A DNA stretch of 64,000 bases from Thermoplasmata archaeon (GTDB lineage: Archaea > Thermoplasmatota > Thermoplasmata > Lutacidiplasmatales > UBA184). The notes under the pieces were generated by a model that was not told the DNA's origin, ran no database searches, and saw only the letters and a list, made by a program, of their open reading frames with translations. Below are positions 25,931-34,182 of this stretch, piece by piece (the first letter of the stretch is position 1; each line of letters opens with the position of its first letter). Location: positions 294,965-358,964 of the forward strand of contig JAKBSJ010000002.1 in NCBI GenBank assembly GCA_021844945.1. Direction: 5' to 3'. The translations under genes and the position numbers were made by a program.

Positions 25931-26551
25931 ATGGCCACGGCCACGGAATCTCCCCTGGCCCGTGACCTCTCCGGTCTTCCCCGACCCACGTCGGAGGCAC
26001 CTCCCGCGATCCTGACCTGGCGGGCCTATCCGCTCGTTCTCGTGCCGGTGGGCGCGCTCGTCGTCGCCCTTCTCCTGAACCAGTTCGTGGCCCTCGACTA
26101 CGTCCATGTGATGAGCGGGGCGCTCTGGACCGGGATCGACATCTTCATGGGGCTCGTGATCGGGCCGATCCTCGGGCGGATGACCGGGCCGGCCCGAGCC
26201 GACTTCGTCCAGCGCCTCGTCCCCACGATGTTGTTCCTGATGCCTGCCCTCGCTTCGGTGACGATCACGGCGGGCATCTATCTCGCCATGATGGAAGGGA
26301 TATTCCAGCTGAACTATCTCGCGATCCAGCTGGCCGGCATCTTCGTGCTGATCTTGGCCGGCCAGGGATTCGGCATCTTCCTCCCGAACGAGCTGAGGAT
26401 CGTGCTCGAGCTGCGCAAGGAGCACCCGGACGTCGGCAAGATCGGGAGGCTCGGTCTGCTCAACGCGCGGCTGGCCGGCGTCCAGGCGGTCTTCCAGGTG
26501 GCCCTGATCTTCGTGATGGCCAGCCTGGCCGCGGGCTTGGTGAATCTCTGA
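25931..26551 (+). CDS. hypothetical integral membrane protein (about 4-5 TM)
   Basis: Hydrophobic segments LVLVPVGALVVALLL, ALWTGIDIFMGLVIGPIL, MLFLMPALASVTITAGIYLAMM, LAGIFVLILAG, VFQVALIFVMASLAAG. Good GC3. Family not recognised. Confidence 0.65.
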   Translation: MATATESPLARDLSGLPRPTSEAPPAILTWRAYPLVLVPVGALVVALLLNQFVALDYVHVMSGALWTGIDIFMGLVIGPILGRMTGPARADFVQRLVPTMLFLMPALASVTITAGIYLAMMEGIFQLNYLAIQLAGIFVLILAGQGFGIFLPNELRIVLELRKEHPDVGKIGRLGLLNARLAGVQAVFQVALIFVMASLAAGLVNL

Positions 26552-27118
26552 CGCGCGACGGCCTCCGATAGTAGGGCTTGTTTCCCGCTGCTTCCCCGGG
26601 TTCGAGCCTCCTTCGTGCCTGCGAACCGAGGAACGGGTGACCGGCTCCGAGCCGCGGCTTTCGGGCAGACCGGAACGTTGCGCCAATGCACCGCCCCCCG
26701 GTATCATGACGAAAAATTCCTAACACCGTCTCCGGATTTCAAGCGACCACGGCCGTCTCCCCGCTCCGGTGCGGATCGTCCGGTCTCGTTTCGGGATGCC
26801 GGGGCCGCCCGACGTCCCACTCCCTGCGGCAGGTTCGGTCGCTCAGCTACCTCCGCTTCCGGGGAAGAAGGGGGCGATCCGCCGGGACGGACTACCCGAC
26901 GAACGATCACTCCCGCGCTGCGCTCGACGGCGACCGAGTCGAGCGGGAGCCGATGGGCTGCGAAGGCCTCTCGGCGGTCTTCGGCTCCGTTCGGTACTTC
27001 GAGAACATGGCCGCTGATGCGGGCGAGGGTGCCGTTGCCCGATACGAAGAGAGAGTATATGTGCTGTATTTGTGAGTATGGTAGATCCTCGTATAAGCCC
27101 ACTTGCGTCCTAGCCATC

Positions 27119-27268
27119 GTGCCTCGAGTCTTCGTCCGAGCGTGGGCGTGCAACCGGTGCGGGCATCGATGGCTCCCTCGAATCCGGCGAGAGCCCAAGC
27201 GGTGTCCCAAGTGCCGAAGCCCATACTGGAACAAACGACGGGTGCGCCCCTCGGCCAGGAGGTCGTAG
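27119..27268 (+). CDS. small zinc-ribbon protein
   Basis: VPRVFVRAWACNRCGHRWLPRIRREPKRCPKCRSPYWNKRRV has two CxxC knuckles with the W..PR/..YW pattern of small archaeal Zn-ribbon proteins. GTG 27119 lies about 25 nt downstream of TATAAG (27092-27097). The start is uncertain. Confidence 0.5.
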   Translation: MPRVFVRAWACNRCGHRWLPRIRREPKRCPKCRSPYWNKRRVRPSARRS

Positions 27269-27269
27269 C

Positions 27270-27599
27270 ATGGCGGGAAGTGGTCAAGCCCAGGGGGCGA
27301 ACGACTCCGGCGACGCGGCCCACCCCCGCTTCGCGGCCATGATGGGGCAGGTCACCGACGAACTTCGACGTCAGATGGGCGCGGTCGAGTACATCCACGT
27401 CGTCTTCCCTCCCGTCTTCCGGATGTACATCTCGGAGACGTTCCAAGAGCACCGTTCGGGGTTCTCCTGGACCTGCCCCGAAGAAGCCGAAGATCGAGAG
27501 GGAGATCACACCAAGGAGGTGTGCCGGGTTCCGAGGAGGCATGCGGGGGACCGACCTTGCCCGGCTCCAGGGCGTGCCCAAGGCTCCCGAGTCCTGTGA
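27270..27599 (+). CDS. hypothetical protein
   Basis: 109-aa ORF with genome-typical codon usage (GTC/TTC/ATC/TAC/GAG). It starts 1 nt after the Zn-ribbon stop, and its stop overlaps the xth GTG (GTGA). No family recognised. Confidence 0.45.
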   Translation: MAGSGQAQGANDSGDAAHPRFAAMMGQVTDELRRQMGAVEYIHVVFPPVFRMYISETFQEHRSGFSWTCPEEAEDREGDHTKEVCRVPRRHAGDRPCPAPGRAQGSRVL

Positions 27600-28366
27600 A
27601 GCTACTCTCCTGGAACGTAGCCGGCCTTCGCAGCGCGATTCGAAAGGGATTCCCGCGAACCCTTGTGTCCTCGGTTTATTCCGCGGTCCTCTTCCAGGAG
27701 ACGCGTACCGATTCGGTTCCCGAGGGCCTCGTGCCCCGGCGGTGGCACGCCTATCTCAACCCGGCCGAACAAAAGGGGTACTCGGGGGTCCTCACCCTGT
27801 GCCGAGCGGAGCCATTGTCCGTCGCCCACGGGCTGGGCGACCCGCGATTGGACCGGGAAGGCCGCGTCTCGACCCTAGAATTCTCGGACCTCTACCTCGT
27901 GAACGCGTACTTCCCGTATGCTCAGCGCGACCTCTCCCGCCTCGGGACCAAACTCGAGTTCGATCGTGCCATGGCGCGATGGACCCGAAAGCTCCGTCGG
28001 AAGAAACCGGTGGTCCTCGGCGGGGATTTCAACGTGGCCCATGAGGAGCGCGACATCGCTCGACCTGACTCCAACCGCCAGAGCGCGGGATTCACCCGGG
28101 AGGAACGGGACTGGTTCACCCGGTTTCTTCGGACCGGGTTTGTCGACTCCTATCGGATGTTCGTGCGCGAGGGCGGGCACTACACCTGGTGGACCTACCG
28201 ATTCCACGCGCGCGAGCGGAACATCGGCTGGCGAATCGATTACTTCCTCGTCACGCGCGAGCTCGCACCTCGGGTTCGGAGCGCGACGATCCTCCCGAAC
28301 GTGCTCGGTTCGGATCACGCTCCGGTGACGATCGAACTCTCGGACCCATCGAGACCGCAGTCCTAA
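27596..28366 (+). CDS. xth: exodeoxyribonuclease III / AP endonuclease
   Basis: VKLLSWNVAGLR, LFQETR, YSGV, LVNAYFP, GGDFNVAHEERD, WWTYR, RIDYFLV, GSDHAPV are the full ExoIII motif set. GTG start at 27596. Confidence 0.9.
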   Translation: MKLLSWNVAGLRSAIRKGFPRTLVSSVYSAVLFQETRTDSVPEGLVPRRWHAYLNPAEQKGYSGVLTLCRAEPLSVAHGLGDPRLDREGRVSTLEFSDLYLVNAYFPYAQRDLSRLGTKLEFDRAMARWTRKLRRKKPVVLGGDFNVAHEERDIARPDSNRQSAGFTREERDWFTRFLRTGFVDSYRMFVREGGHYTWWTYRFHARERNIGWRIDYFLVTRELAPRVRSATILPNVLGSDHAPVTIELSDPSRPQS

Positions 28367-28494
28367 TCCCGATCCGAACCCTCCGATGGGCCGCCGAGCA
28401 GTACGGAGCGGGCTCCCTCCCCACCCTTCGACGCGCCAGGGCCGGCCCACCCGCGGGGCCGATGATCCGACCGTGCTCCGAGAGAGGGGCACCT

Positions 28495-30597
28495 TCAGTG
28501 GGGACAGACCGTTCCGGCGCATCCTCCCGAGTATTCCGAATCCGCCACTACGTGCTTCCGGCCCTCGGGGGAGGTCCCCGTGGCCAAGGACAGCACCTGC
28601 TGGGGCTTGGAGCCATACCGATAGACCGTGATGCCCTTCAACCGCAGCTCCCAGGCGCGGTGATAGATCCGCTTCACATCCTCGATCGAGGCGTCCGGTG
28701 GAAGATTGATCGTCTTCGAGACGGCATTGTCGGTGTACCGTTGGAAGGCCTGCTGAATCCGAAGGTGCCACTCCGGCGCTACGTCCAGCGCAGTGGCGAA
28801 GGTCCGGCGCAGGTCCGCCGGCACTTCACGCAGCGACCGGACGGATCCCGACCGGGCGATCTTTTCTCGAAGCTCGGGGGTGAGGAAGCCTCGCCGTCTC
28901 CCCTCGCTCTCGAACCGCTCGTTGACCTCGAGCAGTTGCACCCCTTCCATGACATTCCGCACGAACGAGACCGCGAAGAGCGGCTCGATCCCCGAGGAGC
29001 AGCCGGCCAGGATGGAGATCGTTCCCGTTGGCGCGATGGTCGTCACGGTGGCGTTGCGCAAGGGACCATACTTCCCACCTCGCCATCGGCTTCGCGCAAA
29101 GTTCGGAAACGGTCCCCGGCTCCGGGCGAGCTCGCTCGAGGCACGATGCGCCGTGAGATCCAAGAACCGCATCACTCGACTCGCGGTCGACACCGCCTGC
29201 GGGGAGTCGTACGGGATACCGAGCCGGATCAAGGCATCGGCAAACCCCATGACACCGAGACCGATCTTTCGGTTCTCCCGGTTCCTGCGGCCAATCGCCG
29301 GAAGCGGGTATCGGCTCGCGTCCAGAGTGTTGTCGAGGAAGTGGACCGCATCCCGTACGACCGTGGCCAGCCGGGTCCAGTCGATCCGCCGGCCCTTCAC
29401 GAGGCGCGCGAGGTTGATCGATCCGAGCGTGCAAGACTCCCAGGGTAGCAGCGGCTGTTCTCCGCACGGGTTCGTGGCCTCGATCCGGCCCAGCGAGGGT
29501 GTGGGGTTGGCGCGGTTGATGGCATCCAGGAAGAGGAGGCCCGGATCGCCGGTCTCCCTGGCGTTGCTCGCGATCAAGTGAAAGAGGTCCGCGGCGGGCA
29601 CCTCTCCCGTGCGGCGACCGGTGCGTGGGTTCACGAGTTGGATCGCGCGGTGGCGGTCCACCGCTCGCATGAACCGATCGTCCACGCCGACCGAGAGATT
29701 GAAGTTCGTCAGGGCGCCGGGGCGCGACTTCGCGGTGACGAACTCCACAATGTCCGGATGGTAGACCGAGAGCACGGCCATGTTTGCCCCGCGGCGGCGT
29801 CCTCCCTGCTTGATCGCCTCGGTCGCCCGATCGAAGATCTCGAGGAACGAAAGCGGCCCGGAGGCCACTCCGCCCGACCGGCGCACCCCATCGCCCCGGG
29901 GTCGTAGGGAGCTGAACGAGAACCCGGTGCCGCCCCCGCTCTGGTGGATCAAGGCCGCCGCTTTGAGCGCGTCGAAGATATCGGCCAGGTCGTCCGCAAT
30001 GGGGACGACGAAGCAGGCTGCCAGCTGGCCCAGGGGCGTCCCCGCGTTCATCAGCGTCGGAGAGTTCGGTAGGAACTCCAACTCCGCCATCATGCGGTAG
30101 AACGTTTCCTCCACGCGAGCGACCTCCGCGCGAGGATCGTAGCGACGGTCTACGGCCGCGATCGCGTGCGCCACGCGACGGAAGAGCTCTCGGGGAGACT
30201 CAATCACCTCGCCTCGCTCGTTCCGACGCAGGTAGCGACGTTCGAGGACGCGGAGCGCGTTGATGCCGAGCTTCAGATCGTCCACGGTGCCGAGGAGCCG
30301 TTGATAGTCTCGGTTGCGTTGTCGTTCGTGCCGGTAGAGGATGTACGCCTTGGCGGCCGCCTCGTGCCGGTGCTGGATCAGGACATGTTCCACTAGGTCC
30401 TGGATGTCTTCGACCGAAGGGATGGACCGGACGAAACGATCCGCGGCCAGACGCTCTACCTCCTCGGCGAGCGTTCGCGCGCGGCCTACGCTTCCCTCCC
30501 CGGTGGCCGTGAAAGCCTTGACGATGGCCGCTCGGATCTTGGTGCGATCGAACCGAACGACCTTTCCGTCGCGCTTTCGGACCCGCGTCAGCGTCAC
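28495..30597 (-). CDS. nrdJ: adenosylcobalamin-dependent (class II) ribonucleotide reductase with N-terminal ATP-cone
   Basis: ATP-cone VRKRDGKVVRFDRTKIRAAI. Active site NPCGEQPLLPWESCTLGSINL. C-terminal Cys pair YSGGCAGTVCPH. GTG start at 30597. No intein. Confidence 0.93.
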   Translation of the reverse strand: MTLTRVRKRDGKVVRFDRTKIRAAIVKAFTATGEGSVGRARTLAEEVERLAADRFVRSIPSVEDIQDLVEHVLIQHRHEAAAKAYILYRHERQRNRDYQRLLGTVDDLKLGINALRVLERRYLRRNERGEVIESPRELFRRVAHAIAAVDRRYDPRAEVARVEETFYRMMAELEFLPNSPTLMNAGTPLGQLAACFVVPIADDLADIFDALKAAALIHQSGGGTGFSFSSLRPRGDGVRRSGGVASGPLSFLEIFDRATEAIKQGGRRRGANMAVLSVYHPDIVEFVTAKSRPGALTNFNLSVGVDDRFMRAVDRHRAIQLVNPRTGRRTGEVPAADLFHLIASNARETGDPGLLFLDAINRANPTPSLGRIEATNPCGEQPLLPWESCTLGSINLARLVKGRRIDWTRLATVVRDAVHFLDNTLDASRYPLPAIGRRNRENRKIGLGVMGFADALIRLGIPYDSPQAVSTASRVMRFLDLTAHRASSELARSRGPFPNFARSRWRGGKYGPLRNATVTTIAPTGTISILAGCSSGIEPLFAVSFVRNVMEGVQLLEVNERFESEGRRRGFLTPELREKIARSGSVRSLREVPADLRRTFATALDVAPEWHLRIQQAFQRYTDNAVSKTINLPPDASIEDVKRIYHRAWELRLKGITVYRYGSKPQQVLSLATGTSPEGRKHVVADSEYSGGCAGTVCPH

Positions 30598-31173
30598 AGG
30601 GTCTCAGCGCGGCGGGGCTCTCCTCCTTCGCACGGTAAAGCCCCTCCCTCCCAAAATCTCTCGTACTGCTTGAGGATCGAGAGAAGCTCGCGGATCGCGT
30701 TGGGGCATTATCGATCCAAACCCTGGGCGTTGGCAAGGAGAACTTCGGCGAGCACGCCTACCTCCCTGCAACGGTGCCCGTATGCACGGACAACGCCCTC
30801 CCTCCTTCCGCGCGTTCGTTCAGTCGAGGGATACGCGAAGCACCGAGATCGAGAGTACGAAGTAGGACCCGATGGCCGAATCGGTCGTCGTTCCTCGCGT
30901 GTTGGCCTGGGCAAGGAAGGGACGAAGCTCGCCGCCCGTCTCAAGCTAGGCAAGATCGCTGCCGTCGACCCGTCGGTGTTCATCGGCTGGAAACGCCGCT
31001 TCCTCTCGACGGGCTGCGCCGAGGCACGACGGCTGGAGCTCGACTGGCCCTTCGTCACTCGGGCGAAACGATCTCTGCGACGAAGCACCCTACCCGCCAA
31101 CGGGGTGTCCGTCCGTCGGCGGAAGAGGGCCCCGCTCGCGGGATGACTCCTTGGGTTCGGCGGGCGATATCGG

Positions 31174-31179
31174 TTTTTT
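31174..31179 (+). terminator. T6 run on the + strand in the nrdJ/tRNA-Val spacer
   Basis: cggTTTTTTgcc lies 28 nt after the stop of a coding-like + strand patch (30904-31146). The transcript it would terminate is unidentified. Confidence 0.3.
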
Positions 31180-31207
31180 GCCTCCGTAGTATAGCGCCCA
31201 ACTCCCG

Positions 31208-31280
31208 TGGGCCGGGACGGATTCGAACCGTCGATCTCCGCCTTGTAAGGGCGGCGTCCTCACCGCTAGACGACCGGCCC
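31208..31280 (-). tRNA. tRNA-Val (anticodon UAC)
   Basis: Manual cloverleaf: GGGCCGG/TC/GTCT-AGCGGTGA-GGAC/G/CCGCC-CTTACAA-GGCGG/AGATC/GACGG-TTCGAAT-CCGTC/CCGGCCC+A. CCA is not encoded and there is no intron. Confidence 0.93.
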
Positions 31281-31298
31281 GCGGGGTGGGACGGGACC

Positions 31299-33086
31299 TC
31301 AGCCCTCGCTATTGGTCGTTTCGGTCGCAGGGTGAACGCGATGACGTAGGCGAACCGCGAGTCCGCGTCCGAGCTGGGCCATCGCAGGGCCCGGCACCAT
31401 CGCCTCGCCGACGGCGGCGAGCTCTCCGTGTTGCAGCACCGCTACGGCATCCCCCACGCGGATCGCGGGAGAGGCATGGCGCACGCCCGGGACGAAGACA
31501 TCTCCCGCGAGCGGCATCTCGGGATCGACCTCGACCGTGAGCTCGAGGTCCGGGAGCATTCGTCGAGCTCCGGCGATCGTGAGCTGGAACAATCCCCGTT
31601 CCTCCCGCCAGGTGGCAAGGTCACTGCCGGCCCCGTCCGTGACCCGTTGAAACCACGGACGCCCGGCGAGTCGCACCGGAGCCGCGAAAAGACGCTCGGC
31701 CGCCGGCCGACCGAACTGAAAGGCGGCGATCTCCGCGAGTTCCTCGCGGACCACCGCGAGCGGGCCACCGGGCACGGGGGAGAGCGGTTCGAGAGCGGAG
31801 GCGACGGCGGCACGCAGGGAGTCGATCGCTTCCGCGGAGGTCGTCCGATGGTCCCCGATCGTCCAAACGGTCGGGGTCACCGGGCTCCGGTTCTCCCGCA
31901 GGAACCCGTACGTCCCGGGATCGAGGTGGACGATGATCGAGCGATACGCCCCGGCCCGAACGAGGTGATCGAACCCCTCGCGAACGATTCCCCGCTCGGC
32001 CTCGCTCCACTCTCCCGTCACCGGGATATCGTATTGCCGCGCCGGGTAGACGTCTTCGAGCTCTCGCGGAACGAGGCCGATCGGCGAGCTCACCGATACC
32101 ACGTGCAACCGCTCGGCCCTCGCGAGTCCTTCCCATGCCTGAGCGAAGCGGCGGTGGGTGCGCGAGCGCCGGTAGGGTTTCGTGCGGCTGCACGGAACGA
32201 TGAGTAGGACCTCCTTCGACGTCGGGGGGCGGTAGCGCTCGACCAGGCGAGCACGGAAACGCCGCATCTCGGGCCGACGCAGGGACTCGACGAGCACGTA
32301 ACGTCCCGGCGTACCCGTTCCTACGACCGCGGTCCGCTCTTCGAGCAGCGCCCCGAGCGTGCCGTCCGTGTAGCGTAGCATTTCGGCCAGTGCCGGCTCC
32401 GCCGCGAGCCGGGCTTCGACGAGCTCGCGCAGGCGGCCGACCTGCAAGGCCCGCCGGCTCGCCTCGAGAGCACGGGCGTATTCCTGCCGCGCGAATCCGG
32501 GAGGATGGGCTGGGATCCCGGCAAGTATCGGCTCCGTGCCCAGCGATTCATCGAATGGAACCCCGCGGGCCTCGAGCATCTGACCCTCGGTCGTGTCCAC
32601 CAGGTCGATCCCGAGGTAGACAAGGAACGGGACCCGGTGCGGCAGCGCTACGCGAGGCGCCCAGAGTACCGGACCCGGGCCCAAGTGGCCGCGAATGGCC
32701 CCGACCGTGGCGACGAACGGCTCTCCGTCGGTCCAGAGGGCCCGAGCGTTCGCGAGGACGACGAGCTCCGCGCCGGCGATCGCGTCCAGCTCCCCCGCGG
32801 AAATCGGGCCGTGGACCATTCCGATCCCCGGAGCGACTAGGACTGCACGCCCCCTCCCGCCTTCGATCTCGGGTGCGAGCACCGGAAAGCTCAGGTCGAT
32901 GGAATGCCCGGCGAGTGCGAGGCGCAGGGGTCGCGTTCCGTTGGGAACGTCGGGACGAGCTTCGAGGAATCCGTACCGATCCGTCGGCACGGTATCGATC
33001 AGCGTTGGTACGTCAAACGTCGCGCCACCGACCGACGCGGAACCCAGGACACCAAGGCCCTCGAGCGTCCGTATCGATCGGGTCAT
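31299..33086 (-). CDS. arcS: archaeosine synthase (TgtA2/ArcS: TGT-like N-domain, DUF5591-type core, C-terminal PUA)
   Basis: LLIVPCSRTKPYRRS core motif, VSVSSPIGLVPRELE. PUA-like C-terminus GDVFVPGVRHASPAIRVGDAVAVLQHGELAAVGEAMV. Confidence 0.8.
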   Translation of the reverse strand: MTRSIRTLEGLGVLGSASVGGATFDVPTLIDTVPTDRYGFLEARPDVPNGTRPLRLALAGHSIDLSFPVLAPEIEGGRGRAVLVAPGIGMVHGPISAGELDAIAGAELVVLANARALWTDGEPFVATVGAIRGHLGPGPVLWAPRVALPHRVPFLVYLGIDLVDTTEGQMLEARGVPFDESLGTEPILAGIPAHPPGFARQEYARALEASRRALQVGRLRELVEARLAAEPALAEMLRYTDGTLGALLEERTAVVGTGTPGRYVLVESLRRPEMRRFRARLVERYRPPTSKEVLLIVPCSRTKPYRRSRTHRRFAQAWEGLARAERLHVVSVSSPIGLVPRELEDVYPARQYDIPVTGEWSEAERGIVREGFDHLVRAGAYRSIIVHLDPGTYGFLRENRSPVTPTVWTIGDHRTTSAEAIDSLRAAVASALEPLSPVPGGPLAVVREELAEIAAFQFGRPAAERLFAAPVRLAGRPWFQRVTDGAGSDLATWREERGLFQLTIAGARRMLPDLELTVEVDPEMPLAGDVFVPGVRHASPAIRVGDAVAVLQHGELAAVGEAMVPGPAMAQLGRGLAVRLRHRVHPATETTNSEG

Positions 33087-33297
33087 GGTTCTCCGGGCCC
33101 GTCCGATGGGGTGCGCGCGCGCAGATCCGCCTCCTGTGGCCCTCGGCGAGACGATCGGCGCTCTTCCCCGTCGAGTCTTCGTGCGTCGAGATCCCCGCTA
33201 CGACCCGGGGGGAGCCGCCTCGTCGAACCTTCTCCGGGACCACGGGAAAGACCGTGCGCAAATCGGGTCGTCATGTTCCGCGCCTCCGGGAGGCACA

Positions 33298-34182
33298 CTA
33301 GAGGATGAACAGTGCGGCCGCGGTGCCGGCGAGATAGAGAAGCCCGGCGATGAAGTGGCGTTGGAACGGCGCCCGCGTCCCCTGCGGCGCGCGCGCGAGC
33401 TGCCCGTCGCTGATCCCCGCGAGGACCGCCATCGCTGCGAGCGCTACATAATACTCGAAACCCACTCCCAGCGCGAGGCCGAATAACGCGAGGAGAACGA
33501 GCGCGATCGCGTGCAGCGTCGGAACCAGACGAACGCTCACCGGGACGCCGAAACGCACCGGGATCGACTTCAGCCCCTGGGCCCGGTCGTTCTCGACGTC
33601 GCCGAGGCTGTGCACGGTTTCGAACGCGGTACCCCAGGCGAGCATCCCGGCGACGGCGAGCCACGTCGCCCACGGCAGGGTTCCTTGGACGGCGATGAAG
33701 ATCGCCGCCGGCGTGATCGCCTCGACCAGTCCGAGGAACGCGGTCGTCGCCGAAGTGAATCGCTTCGTGTAGCTGTATCCATAGACGAGCGCGAGCGCGA
33801 CCGGGGATAGGACGAAGGCGAGGGGGTTCAGGAAGTATGCCGCCGCGACGACGATGGCCCCGCTCCCGATCGCGATCGTGAGCGCGAACGCGGACGAGAT
33901 GCGCCCGGTGACGAGAGCCCGCGAGGCCGTTCGAGGGTTCCGTGCGTCCTGCGCGCGATCGGTCCAGCGATTGAAGCTGTGACCGGCGTTGCGCGCCGCG
34001 ATGAACGCGATCACGATCAGGAGGAATTTCTCCAGCGTCGGAAGTCCGCGCGATGCGAGAAGGAGGAAGGCGAGCGCGAAGGAGAAGTTGAGCCCGAGGT
34101 TCTGGATCTCGAGGAACCGCCCGATCGTCGCGAGCGTGCCCTCGCGGGGCGGCGCGCTCACGGCGGCGCCGGACCGAACCAC
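33298..34182 (-). CDS. ubiA: UbiA-family aromatic prenyltransferase
   Basis: First Asp-rich-type motif ARNAGHSFNRWTDRAQD, second HSLGDVENDRAQG, about 8 TM. An alternative GTG start at 34161 would give a GTGA overlap with the ubiD stop. Confidence 0.85.
   Translation of the reverse strand: MVRSGAAVSAPPREGTLATIGRFLEIQNLGLNFSFALAFLLLASRGLPTLEKFLLIVIAFIAARNAGHSFNRWTDRAQDARNPRTASRALVTGRISSAFALTIAIGSGAIVVAAAYFLNPLAFVLSPVALALVYGYSYTKRFTSATTAFLGLVEAITPAAIFIAVQGTLPWATWLAVAGMLAWGTAFETVHSLGDVENDRAQGLKSIPVRFGVPVSVRLVPTLHAIALVLLALFGLALGVGFEYYVALAAMAVLAGISDGQLARAPQGTRAPFQRHFIAGLLYLAGTAAALFIL

Noticed and set aside
26590-26612. tRNA T-arm-like strings (GGGTTCGAGCC at ~26596; GATTTGAACC at ~21505)
   Set aside because: The flanking bases cannot form T-stems or acceptor stems, and no cloverleaf can be drawn. 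The 9-nt match of the 21505 site to the tRNA-Leu 3' half is too short to call an att repeat.
30598-30700. Possible cobalamin riboswitch in the nrdJ leader (GCUGAGACCCUG vaguely B12-box-like)
   Set aside because: The conserved core elements (GGUG..AAUCC..GCCACUG, GGGAA junction) are not present, and such riboswitches are not expected in archaea. The resemblance is too short to support.
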